Shown: piece by piece, positions 1-8,088 of the stretch | How positions within the stretch are numbered: the first letter of the stretch is position 1 | Layout of the letters: every line of letters begins with the position of its first letter | Assembly: GCA_046726955.1 (NCBI GenBank) | Contig: JBKPBQ010000575.1 | Coordinates: 1 to 39,466 of the forward strand | Length of the DNA: 39,466 bases | Direction: 5' to 3' | Source: Acidobacteriota bacterium | GTDB taxonomy: Bacteria > Acidobacteriota > Vicinamibacteria > Fen-336 | Made by a program: the position numbers and the translations under genes | The notes under the pieces: model-generated | What the model saw: the letters and a program-made list of their open reading frames with translations, nothing else | The model's database searches: none | Told to the model about the DNA's origin: nothing

Positions 1-885
1 GTCCCAGTCCCCGCCGATCTTCGTCGGGTCGTAAACGTAGGTGCGGAAGGTCCCCCGCGAGGGGGCCGTGTCCGCGTAGCGGAACTCGTGGCCGAGCCCG
101 TAGCCGAGGTTCGAGTAGTAGTCCGCGTAGAACGTCTGGTCGAGGCTGCGGCCCATCGCCCAGAAGAACCCGCTCCCGATGTTGTAGCCGCGCGACGAGG
201 AGTACCCGAAGTGCGGGAACAGGAAGCCCGTGGAGCGCTGGTCCTCCTCGATCGGGTAGTAGAGGATGGGCACGTAGAACGCGGGGACGGACTTCACCTT
301 GAACACGGCGTTCTTGGCGATGATGCGGTCGCCGACCTTGATGTCCGCGCTCGAGCTCGAGAAGGCCCAGCGCGGGTTGGGCTGGGCGCACGAGCTGAAC
401 TTGCCGCCCTCGACCTTGTAGTGCTTCTCGTCGAGCCGCTCGATGCGCGCACCCTCCACGAACACTCCCGGCTCCACGAAGCCGATCGCGTCCTCCAGCC
501 AGCCCTTGCCGGTGTCGTCCATCTCCATGCGCTTCGCGGACAGCCGCTCCTCGCCGCGCAGGAACACCACGTTGCCTTCCGCGACCACGCGGTGGCCGAT
601 GCTCCCGTCGGGCTTCGGGACCTCGTAGATGTCCATGGTGTCCGCCTGGAACCGCAGCTCGCCGATCTTCACGTCCACGAACCCGCGGGCCGCGAAGTGT
701 CCCGGGCCCACCTTCTCCTGCGTCTCCGCGCGCACGCGGATCTCGCCCGCGGCGAGGGCGGCCGCCGCCGGATCCTGGAACGTGGTCCGGGGGGGGCGCT
801 GCGCGGGCTGGCCGGAGGCGGGAGGCCCGGAGATGCCGAGCGCGGCGGCCAGGATGCTGGCGCGGATCGGAAAAGGTGATCGCAC
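1..885 (-). CDS. lptD: LPS-assembly outer-membrane protein LptD, N-terminal 295 codons (C-terminus lies beyond the left window edge)
   Basis: Absent from the ORF track because it runs off the left edge. The reverse-strand frame whose codons end at nt 1 is open from GTG 885-883, with an in-frame TAA at 903-901 just upstream. My translation gives VRSPFPIRASILAAALGISGPPASGQ (signal peptide). It continues with EGNVVFLRGEERLSAKRMEMDD (OstA/LptD N-domain) and FLFPHFGYSSSRGYNIGSGFFWAMGRSLDQTFYADYYSNLGYGLGHEFRY (start of the LptD barrel). Third codon positions are almost all G/C. Track ORF 88..879 (+) is its antisense shadow. Confidence 0.75.
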   Translation of the reverse strand, partial: MRSPFPIRASILAAALGISGPPASGQPAQRPPRTTFQDPAAAALAAGEIRVRAETQEKVGPGHFAARGFVDVKIGELRFQADTMDIYEVPKPDGSIGHRVVAEGNVVFLRGEERLSAKRMEMDDTGKGWLEDAIGFVEPGVFVEGARIERLDEKHYKVEGGKFSSCAQPNPRWAFSSSSADIKVGDRIIAKNAVFKVKSVPAFYVPILYYPIEEDQRSTGFLFPHFGYSSSRGYNIGSGFFWAMGRSLDQTFYADYYSNLGYGLGHEFRYADTAPSRGTFRTYVYDPTKIGGDWD

Positions 886-897
886 GGTCGGGATGGC

Positions 898-906
898 AGA
901 TTAGCA
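898..906 (-). promoter_or_regulatory. Extended -10 element TGCTAATCT for lptD; 12 nt separate the hexamer from the GTG start (near-leaderless)
   Basis: Reverse complement of agattagca. No Shine-Dalgarno sequence in the 12-nt gap (gccatcccgacc). Same motif and spacing as upstream of the 3420..4232 gene. Confidence 0.45.
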
Positions 907-923
907 CGGCTCTCCGCAGGGTC

Positions 924-932
924 TGGTAGTCT
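924..932 (+). promoter_or_regulatory. Extended -10 element TGGTAGTCT for the metalloprotease gene
   Basis: tggtagtct read directly. It lies 29 nt upstream of ATG 962, with the SD GAGAGGAG at 947-954 in between. It sits back-to-back with the lptD -10. Confidence 0.4.
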
Positions 933-961
933 TCCCGCTCCCTGGCGAGAGGAGATTCGCG

Positions 962-3394
962 ATGCGGACGACGGCCGGCATCCTTCTTTTGTTATGGTGC
1001 GCGGCGGCTCCCGTCCCCGCCGCTCCCGAGACGACGTTCGCCGCGGCCACCGCCGGCCTCGCCCGCCAGGAAGGCCTCGTGCCCTTCTACTGGGACTCCG
1101 CGAAGGGCCGCCTCCTGCTCGAGGTCGTCTCCGGCGAGGAGATGCTCTACGGTGTCGGGCTCGCGGGAGGAGCCGGCCTCCTCGAGGTTTCGCTCGACCG
1201 CGGGCAGCTCGGCGAGCTCGGGCTCGTCCGCTTCACGCGCGTGGGGCCGCGCGTCCTCCTCGAGCAGCAGCAGACGGCCCATAGGAGCGGCGTCGCCGAC
1301 GCCGAGCGGACGCGCGTGGTCGCGGAGTCGTTCCCGTCCTCGGTGCTCGCCGGCTTCGACGTCCTCGCCGCGGAGGGCCCGCGCCTGCTCGTGGACGCGA
1401 CCGACTTCGCCCTCCGCGACACGCTCGTGCTTCCGGCGCTGCGCGCGGCGAAGCTCGGCGAGTGGAAGCAGGACGGTGCGCGCTCCTCTCCGCGCCTCGA
1501 GCGCACGGCGGCGTTCCCCCGCAACACGGAGATCGAAGCCCTCCTCACGTTCACCTCGGACGCCCCGCCTCCGGCGGTGGCCGCCGTGCTGCCCGACGGC
1601 CGGACGCTCAGCCTGACCGTGCACCACACGTTCCTGAAGCTCCCGGAGCCGGGCTTCGTCCCCCGGCGGCTCGACCCGCGCGTGGGCTTCATTCCCCAGG
1701 CTTTCCTGGACCACACGGCTCCCTACACGGAGCCGATCGAGCGCTACGTCGCCTCGCGGTGGCGCCTCGTGAAGAAGGACCCTGGCGCGGACGTGTCGGC
1801 GCCGGTCGAGCCCATCGTCTACTACCTCGACCGCGGCCTGCCGGAGCCGGAGCGCACGGCCGTGCGCGAGGCGGCGCTCTGGTGGAACCACGCGTTCCGG
1901 GAGGCCGGGTTCGAGGGCGCGCTCGTCGTCCGCGACCTGCCCGAGGGGGCGACCTTCCTCGACGCGCGCTACTCGGGGATCGAGTGGATCAACCGCGCGG
2001 ACAGGGCGTGGTCGATCGGCGATTTCCAGGCCGACCCCCGGACCGGCGAGATCCTGCACGCCGTCGCGCGCATCGACTCGCATCGGCGCCGCACCACGTC
2101 GCGGATGTGGCAGAACCTCGTCTCGCCCTCGCGGTCCTGCAGCGCGCTCGACGCCCCGGACCTCGCCGCGCTCCTCGCCGGCGGCGAGCCCGAGGTGTCC
2201 GAGGAGTCGCTCGTGCTCGCCCGCCTGCGCTACCTCGCCGCGCACGAGGTGGGCCACACGCTCGGCCTCATGCACAACTTCGCGGCCACCACGTTCGGCT
2301 GGGGCTCCGTCATGGACTACCTGGCTCCCCACATCGAGCGGCGGGGCGGCCGGCTGGACCTCTCCGATGCCTATCCCACCGACGTCGGCTCGTACGACCG
2401 CCTGGCCATCCGCTGGGGCTACGCGACGCAAGGCGATCCCGAGCGGCTCGACCAGGTCGTCCGCGAGGCCTACGCGCGGGGCGACGTCTACCCGCTCGAC
2501 GACGACCCGCGCTGGGCGGAGTACGACTGGGGGAAGGATCCGGGGGAGTGGCTCTCCAAGTCGCAGGCGGTGCGCTCGCTCCTCCTCGAGCGCTTCGGCG
2601 CCGGGCAGCTCCGTCCGGGCGAGCCGCTCTACTCGCTGCAAGCCCGCTTCGGCCTCGCCTACCTCTACCACCGCTTCGCGATCCAGGCCGCGCAGGGCTA
2701 CGTGGGCGGCGTCTACCAGACGAACGCGCTCGCCGGAGACGGCCAGGTGCCCGTACGCGCGGTGGACACGGCGACGCAGCGGCGCGCCCTCGAGCAGCTG
2801 CTGGTCGCCCTCGAGCCCGCAAACCTCGACGTGCCCGACGGCGCGCTCGCCTCCCTCGTCCCTCCCCCGTCCGGGATGCGCCGGAGCCGCGAGCAGGTCG
2901 CCTCGGAGGCGGGTGCTTTCTCGAGCCCGCTCACCGCCGCGCGCATCCTCGCCGACCTCGTCGTCCGGCCGCTGCTCGAGCCCGAGCGCGCGGCGCGTCT
3001 CACGCTCGCCACGGGCGACGACGCCTTGACCCTCTCCGCTCTCCTCGCCCGGCTGGAGCAGGCGACGTGGGGCGCACCCGCAGCCGCCACGCCCCGTCTG
3101 CGGGCGCTGCAGCGCGTCGCGCAGCGCGTCGCCCTCGACGCCCTGCTCGACGTCGCAACGCGAGCCGACGCGTCGCCGGAGGTGCGCGCGACCGCGACGC
3201 GCTACGTGTTCCTGCTCGGGGAAAGGCTCGAGGAGCGGTCGCGGACCGCCGCCGACCCCGCGACGAAGGCGCACCTGTGGCTGGCCGCGCGCGACGTTAG
3301 GGACGTGCTCTCGCCGCCGGAGTCGCACCGCAGCCGTCCCGCGCCGCCGCCCGCTCCCCCGGGACGGCCGATCGGCGCGCCGGCCGACTACTGA
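962..3394 (+). CDS. Secreted zinc metalloprotease (HExxH; resembles the DUF5117/DUF4953-type family)
   Basis: Track ORF of 810 aa. ATG is preceded by GAGAGGAG. Signal peptide MRTTAGILLLLWCAAAPVPAAPE. Zinc motif HEVGHTLGLMHNF. EWINRADRAWSIGDFQADPRTGEILHA is typical of this family. The Pro-rich C-terminal tail may be partly non-functional read-through. Confidence 0.8.
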   Translation: MRTTAGILLLLWCAAAPVPAAPETTFAAATAGLARQEGLVPFYWDSAKGRLLLEVVSGEEMLYGVGLAGGAGLLEVSLDRGQLGELGLVRFTRVGPRVLLEQQQTAHRSGVADAERTRVVAESFPSSVLAGFDVLAAEGPRLLVDATDFALRDTLVLPALRAAKLGEWKQDGARSSPRLERTAAFPRNTEIEALLTFTSDAPPPAVAAVLPDGRTLSLTVHHTFLKLPEPGFVPRRLDPRVGFIPQAFLDHTAPYTEPIERYVASRWRLVKKDPGADVSAPVEPIVYYLDRGLPEPERTAVREAALWWNHAFREAGFEGALVVRDLPEGATFLDARYSGIEWINRADRAWSIGDFQADPRTGEILHAVARIDSHRRRTTSRMWQNLVSPSRSCSALDAPDLAALLAGGEPEVSEESLVLARLRYLAAHEVGHTLGLMHNFAATTFGWGSVMDYLAPHIERRGGRLDLSDAYPTDVGSYDRLAIRWGYATQGDPERLDQVVREAYARGDVYPLDDDPRWAEYDWGKDPGEWLSKSQAVRSLLLERFGAGQLRPGEPLYSLQARFGLAYLYHRFAIQAAQGYVGGVYQTNALAGDGQVPVRAVDTATQRRALEQLLVALEPANLDVPDGALASLVPPPSGMRRSREQVASEAGAFSSPLTAARILADLVVRPLLEPERAARLTLATGDDALTLSALLARLEQATWGAPAAATPRLRALQRVAQRVALDALLDVATRADASPEVRATATRYVFLLGERLEERSRTAADPATKAHLWLAARDVRDVLSPPESHRSRPAPPPAPPGRPIGAPADY

Positions 3395-3419
3395 CCGCGC
3401 GAGCGGTACGCGAGGCGGC

Positions 3420-4232
3420 TCAGGGCGTCTGCTCGCCCCGGGCCTGGCGCAGCACTTCCGGCGCCTCCGCCCCGAAGTACTTCACGACCAGCCGATTCCA
3501 GGTGGGCGTGCGCCGAGTGCTCGCCACGTACTCGGAGAGCGCCTGGAGGAGCTGGGGCGACTTCCTGGACACTCCCCACGCCAGCGCTCCCGGCGATCCG
3601 AGGAAGAGGCCGAGCTGGAGGCCGGGGTCCGCGCGCCGCGCCGAGATCGCGTTCTCGACGCCGAGAACGATCGCTCCCACCCGCCCCGACTGCAGGGCCT
3701 CGGGCAGGTGTCCCGACGCGACACCGTCGTCCACCTGTCCCGCCGGCACGCCCGCCGCCGCCACCGCGTCCGCCATGCTCGTCCCCTTCACGGTGCCGAC
3801 CTTCTCTGCGCGCAGCTCCTCGAGCGTCTTCACCACGCGGTGGGGCGAGCGCGTGACCACGACGTTCCGGGTCGGGAAGACCTCGGGCGTGAACTCGATG
3901 AGCTTGCGCCTCGCCTCGGTCGCGGTGAAGCGGCCGGCGATGAGGTCGCCCTTTCCCTGCAGGAGAGCCGGCACGAGCGCGTCCCAGGCCCCGGCGTTCA
4001 CGACCTCGAGCTTCACTCCCTGGAGGCGGGCGAAGCCCTCGAGCAGCTCGCGGTCGAGCCCGCGTCCGGGCTGGGCGGTGAGGAACTCGTCCTCGGCGTC
4101 GTCCACGATGCCGAGGACGCGCAGCGAGCCGCGCGCCTTGATCTCGGGGAGGTCGTCGGCGGAGAGGACGGGGATGAACGCGGCGATCGCCGCGGCGCCG
4201 ACCACGGTCCAGAGGGCGATGGAAATTCGCAC
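3420..4232 (-). CDS. Periplasmic solute-binding protein, family 3 (amino-acid-type Venus-flytrap domain), N-terminally anchored or secreted
   Basis: Track ORF of 270 aa with a GTG start. Hydrophobic N-terminus MRISIALWTVVGAAAIAAFIPVLSADD. Body motifs: IKARGSLRVLGI, LLQGKGDLIAGRFTATEARRKLIEFTPEVF, GTVKGTS. No ABC permease or ATPase gene is nearby. Confidence 0.8.
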   Translation of the reverse strand: MRISIALWTVVGAAAIAAFIPVLSADDLPEIKARGSLRVLGIVDDAEDEFLTAQPGRGLDRELLEGFARLQGVKLEVVNAGAWDALVPALLQGKGDLIAGRFTATEARRKLIEFTPEVFPTRNVVVTRSPHRVVKTLEELRAEKVGTVKGTSMADAVAAAGVPAGQVDDGVASGHLPEALQSGRVGAIVLGVENAISARRADPGLQLGLFLGSPGALAWGVSRKSPQLLQALSEYVASTRRTPTWNRLVVKYFGAEAPEVLRQARGEQTP

Positions 4233-4244
4233 GGTCGCTGCAGG

Positions 4245-4253
4245 AGACTAGCA
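4245..4253 (-). promoter_or_regulatory. Extended -10 element TGCTAGTCT for the binding-protein gene; 12 nt to the GTG start (near-leaderless)
   Basis: Reverse complement of agactagca. The gap cctgcagcgacc has no SD. It is part of the 35-nt block shared with the lptD 5' region. Confidence 0.45.
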
Positions 4254-4265
4254 CGGCTCCCAGGC

Positions 4266-4294
4266 TTGACGTCGTGGGGCGGTGGTCCTAGGAT
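4266..4294 (+). promoter_or_regulatory. sigma70-like promoter: -35 TTGACG, 17-nt spacer, -10 TAGGAT
   Basis: TTGACG at 4266-4271 and TAGGAT at 4289-4294, read directly. About 27 nt of leader carries the SD GAGGA at 4319-4323 before ATG 4328. Confidence 0.55.
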
Positions 4295-4327
4295 CGGGAC
4301 GCTCGTTCTTCCCCCGTCGAGGACGCG

Positions 4328-5161
4328 ATGCAGAGGATTCTCGTCGTCGACGACGACCCCACGACGCTGCAGATGATCCGCCACCAGCTCAAGTCGGCGG
4401 GCTATGCCGTCGAGACCGCGGACGACGGCGAGAAGGCGCTCGCCCTCATCCGTCGCCGGCGGTTCGACCTCGTGCTCCTCGACGTGTGGATGCCGGGGAT
4501 GGATGGCCTGGCCATGCTCACCCGGCTCCGCGACGAGTCCTTTCCCCCCAAGGTGGTGGTGATGACCGCGGACGACGCCCCCGAGACCCTCCTCAAGGCC
4601 ATCCGCGAGCGGGCTCACCACTACATGAAGAAGCCGGTCGAGCCCAAGGCGCTCAAGACGCTGGTGGAGTCCGTCCTCGCCTCGCCGTCGGAGGTGCCGC
4701 CGGTCGAGGTGATCTCCGCCAAGGCCGATTGGCTGGAGCTGCTCGTCCCCTGCGACCGCGACGCCGCGGAGCGCATCCACGACTTCGTGCTGCGCCTGGA
4801 GACGGACCTGCCCGAGGACGTGCGCGAGAACGTGGGCCAGGCCTTCCGCGAGCTGCTCATGAACGCCGTCGAGTGGGGCGGGAAGCTCGATCCGCGGCAG
4901 AAGGTCCGCATCGCCTGCCTGCGCGCGCGGCGCATGCTCCTCTTCCGCATCGCCGATCCCGGAAAGGGGTTCAACTTCAAGGAGCTCCCCCACGCCGCCA
5001 TCAACAACCCGACGGACTCGCCCCTCGAGCACGCGGTCGTCCGTCAGGAGAAGGGGCTGCGGCCGGGGGGGTTCGGGCTCCTCATGACGCGCCAGATGGT
5101 GGACGAGCTGCTGTACAACGAGGCGCACAACGAGGTCGTCTTCGTCAAGTACCTCGACTGA
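4328..5161 (+). CDS. Response-regulator receiver domain fused to a SpoIIAB/RsbW-type GHKL ATPase (putative serine kinase or anti-sigma-like output)
   Basis: REC domain: MQRILVVDDDP, DLVLLDVWMPGMDGL, KKPV. C-terminal half has an N-box ELLMNAVEWGG, a G1 box DPGKGF and a G2 box GGFGLLMTRQMVDEL. Confidence 0.85.
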   Translation: MQRILVVDDDPTTLQMIRHQLKSAGYAVETADDGEKALALIRRRRFDLVLLDVWMPGMDGLAMLTRLRDESFPPKVVVMTADDAPETLLKAIRERAHHYMKKPVEPKALKTLVESVLASPSEVPPVEVISAKADWLELLVPCDRDAAERIHDFVLRLETDLPEDVRENVGQAFRELLMNAVEWGGKLDPRQKVRIACLRARRMLLFRIADPGKGFNFKELPHAAINNPTDSPLEHAVVRQEKGLRPGGFGLLMTRQMVDELLYNEAHNEVVFVKYLD

Positions 5162-8072
5162 CGGAGCGGCGGGCCTTCGCCCGCGGGCGCGCGTGCTTTC
5201 GCTCGCGCCGGCGCTGCGGCGGGCGCACGAGCTCGTCGAGGGCGACCGTCACCTTCGCGAGCTCGCGCTCGAGCTGCGCCACGACGGGGGGAGCGCCGCC
5301 CGCGTCTCCGGCCTCGCCCATCCGCTGCAGGCGGAAGGCGACCTCGGTGGCGGCGGCGGCGGCGAAGTTCGACACCGCGCCCTTGAGCGCGTGGGCCGCC
5401 GCCTGCAGGGCGCGCGCGTCGCCCGCGGAGACGGCGCGGTGGATGTCGGCGAGCTTCCTGGGGGCGTCGCTCCGGAAAGTCCGGACGAGGGACGCGAGGG
5501 CGCGGCGGTCGCCCCCGACGCGCTCGAGGAGGAGCGTCGAGTCGACGGCGCCGGACGCCGGGGGCTCCGGCGGTGCCTCCGGCTTCTTGCTCGCCGGCTC
5601 CCGGCCTGACGTCACGCGCTTGATGGCCGCCTGGAGCTCCCGGGGGTGGAGCGGCTTGGCGAGGTAGTCGTCCATCCCCGCAGCCAGGCACCTCTCGGCG
5701 TCGCCCTTGAGAGCGTGTGCGGTCACCGCGACGATCGGGACGTGGCCGCCCGTCGTCTGCTCGCGGGCACGGATGGCCGCCGCCGTCTCCAGGCCGTCGA
5801 GCTCCGGCATCTGCACGTCCATCAGGACGAGGTCGAACGGCTCGTGCTCGAAGAGGGCGAGCGCCTCCCGGCCGTTGTCCGCCACTACCGCGGAGTGACC
5901 CGCCCGCTCGAGCATGCCCACCGCGACCTGCTGGTTGACGGGGTTGTCCTCGGCGACGAGAACGCGCAGCCTCCGGGTCTCCGGCGCAGGGGCTTCGCCA
6001 TCGGTCGTCTTCGACCGCGCCATGGCGCGCGGGTCGAGCACGGCCATGATCGCGTCCATGAGGTCCGACTGCTTGATGGGCTTCGTGAGGTAGCTGGAGA
6101 TCCCGGCCTCGCGGCAGCGGTCGCGGTCGTCCGTCCGCGGACCGGAGGTGAGCATCATGATCGTGGCCCGGGCGAGCCGCGGGCTCTTGCAGATCTCCTC
6201 GGCCAGGCCGAAGCCGTCCATCCCCGGCATCTGGGCGTCGACCAGCACGAGGGCGTAGGGGCGTCGCGCCTTCACCGCCCGTCGCATCTCGGCGAGCGCT
6301 TCCCGGCCGCCGCTCGCGGCCTTGGGCCGCATCCGCCACTGGCGGAACACCTCCTCGAGGATGCGGCGGTTCGTGGCGTTGTCGTCCACCACGAGGACGC
6401 GCAGGCCCCGCAGCTTCGGGAAGCGCCGGGCCTTTCTCCGCCCGCGGGCGGGCAGGGGGAAGCGCGCCGCGAAGCGGAAGCGGCTCCCCCGGCCCGGCTC
6501 GCTGTCCACCGTGATGCGGCCGCCCATGAGCTCGACGAGCTGGGCGGAGATCGACAGGCCCAGCCCCGTCCCCCCGTACTCGCGCGTGGTCGAGCTGTCC
6601 GCCTGCTCGAAGGCGCGGAACACGAGCGCCTGCTTCTCGCGGGGGATGCCGATGCCCGTGTCGGCGACGAGGAAACGGAGGACGATCTCGTCGCCCGCCA
6701 CCTTCTCCTTCTCGACCTGGACGAGGACCTCGCCCTTCTCCGTGAACTTGATGGCGTTGCCCACGAGGTTCACGATCACCTGCCGCAGCCGGCTTGCGTC
6801 GCCCACCACGCGGTCGGGCACCTCGGGGGCGATGCGCCCCGCGAGCTCCAGGCCTTTCTGGTGCGCGCGCACGGCCAGGGTGCGTAGCGTGTCCCCGAGG
6901 GCCTCCCGCAGGTCGAACTCCTCGTGGAGGAGGTCGAGCCGGCCCGCCTCGATCTTCGAGAAGTCGAGGATGTCGTTGATGAGGCCGAGCAGCGACTCCG
7001 CGGAATCCTTGAGCGTCGTGAGGTACTCGCGCTGGTCCGCGCGCAGCGAGGTGTCGAGGAGCAGCTCCGCCATCCCGATGACCGCGTTCATCGGGGTGCG
7101 GATCTCGTGGCTCATGTTGGCGAGGAAGTCGCTTTTCGCCCGGTTGGCGGCGTCCGCCGCCTCCCTCGCCTTGCGCAGCTCCTCCGCCACCTTCCTCTGG
7201 TCGGTGACGTCCCGCGCGATCGCGTAGATGAGCCCTTCCTCGGGTACGGGCGTGCTGTTCCAGGACAGCCAGCGGTAGGACCCGTCCTTGTGCTGGTAGC
7301 GGTGCTCGAAGCCCTCGCTCCCCTTGCCGGCGGCGACGCTGGCCGCCTCCCGCCGGGCCATCGCCATGTCCTCGGGATGCACGTAACGAAAGTAGGGATG
7401 GGACATGAGCTCCGCCGTCGTCCAGCCGAGCGTCTTCTCCCAGGCCGCATTGAGCCTCTGGAAGTACCCGTTGACGCCGGCGATGCAGAGCATGTCGGGG
7501 GAGGCTTCGAAGAAGGTGGCGAGCTCCGCTTGCATGCGCATGCGCTCGCGGAACTGCCCGATCTGGCGGCCCACCGCCGCCAGCATCTCGAGCAGCTCGT
7601 CGTCGGGCTGGCGGATCTCGCGGCTGAAGAACTCGAGGACCGCGATGACCTCGCCGTCGGGGAGGCGGATCGGGAAGCCGAGGGCCGCGTGCAGGCCCTC
7701 GCGGTCGGCCACCTTCGCGCGGGGGAAGTTCGCGTCCTGCACCACGTCCGGGATCCACGCCGGCTTCCCGGTCGTCCACACGCGGCCCGGCAGGCCGGTC
7801 CCGGGTGCGAACGTGATCTTGAGGCTGACCGCGTCGAACTCGGGGAACGCGGCCCCTTCGGGGCTCCACACCTCGGCGCACCGCAGCACTCCCTCCGTCG
7901 CGTCCACGCGCCAGAGCGCGCCGTGCTCCCACCCGAGCGTCTCGCAGATCGCGCGCAGGATGCGCGGCGTCGCCTGCTCGAGGGAGCGGGACTCCGCGAG
8001 CGCGCGCGCCGTCTCGTACTGGGCGTGCAGCCGCCGGACGGCCTCGTTCTCGGGCAGGCGGTGCGGCTCCAC
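5145..8072 (-). CDS. Soluble hybrid sensor histidine kinase (GAF-PAS-HisKA-HATPase-REC-REC-HPt)
   Basis: Track ORF of 975 aa with a GTG start; no TM helices seen. H-box MSHEIRTPMNAV, N-box NLVGNAIKFT, G-boxes DTGIGI and GGTGLGLSI. REC1 is VLVVDDNATN...DAQMPGMDG and REC2 is VLVAEDNPVN...DVQMPELDG. HPt motif AAAHALKGAVSNF. It starts 16 nt after the fabI stop. Its 3' end overlaps the convergent 4328..5161 gene by 17 nt. Confidence 0.9.
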   Translation of the reverse strand: MEPHRLPENEAVRRLHAQYETARALAESRSLEQATPRILRAICETLGWEHGALWRVDATEGVLRCAEVWSPEGAAFPEFDAVSLKITFAPGTGLPGRVWTTGKPAWIPDVVQDANFPRAKVADREGLHAALGFPIRLPDGEVIAVLEFFSREIRQPDDELLEMLAAVGRQIGQFRERMRMQAELATFFEASPDMLCIAGVNGYFQRLNAAWEKTLGWTTAELMSHPYFRYVHPEDMAMARREAASVAAGKGSEGFEHRYQHKDGSYRWLSWNSTPVPEEGLIYAIARDVTDQRKVAEELRKAREAADAANRAKSDFLANMSHEIRTPMNAVIGMAELLLDTSLRADQREYLTTLKDSAESLLGLINDILDFSKIEAGRLDLLHEEFDLREALGDTLRTLAVRAHQKGLELAGRIAPEVPDRVVGDASRLRQVIVNLVGNAIKFTEKGEVLVQVEKEKVAGDEIVLRFLVADTGIGIPREKQALVFRAFEQADSSTTREYGGTGLGLSISAQLVELMGGRITVDSEPGRGSRFRFAARFPLPARGRRKARRFPKLRGLRVLVVDDNATNRRILEEVFRQWRMRPKAASGGREALAEMRRAVKARRPYALVLVDAQMPGMDGFGLAEEICKSPRLARATIMMLTSGPRTDDRDRCREAGISSYLTKPIKQSDLMDAIMAVLDPRAMARSKTTDGEAPAPETRRLRVLVAEDNPVNQQVAVGMLERAGHSAVVADNGREALALFEHEPFDLVLMDVQMPELDGLETAAAIRAREQTTGGHVPIVAVTAHALKGDAERCLAAGMDDYLAKPLHPRELQAAIKRVTSGREPASKKPEAPPEPPASGAVDSTLLLERVGGDRRALASLVRTFRSDAPRKLADIHRAVSAGDARALQAAAHALKGAVSNFAAAAATEVAFRLQRMGEAGDAGGAPPVVAQLERELAKVTVALDELVRPPQRRRERKHARPRAKARRSVSRGT

Positions 8073-8088
8073 GTCGAGGCTCAGGGGC

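Noticed and set aside
88-879. 263-codon plus-strand ORF at the left edge
   Set aside because: It is antisense to the lptD frame, which carries clear OstA/LptD motifs and strong GC3 bias.
4233-4262. Possible sigma54 (-24 GG / -12 GC) reading of the shared CCGTGCTA motif
   Set aside because: The GG-to-GC spacing in both copies is 7-10 nt rather than the 12 nt I get for the TGGCACG-N4-TTGC consensus. The TGnTANNNT extended -10 reading fits better.
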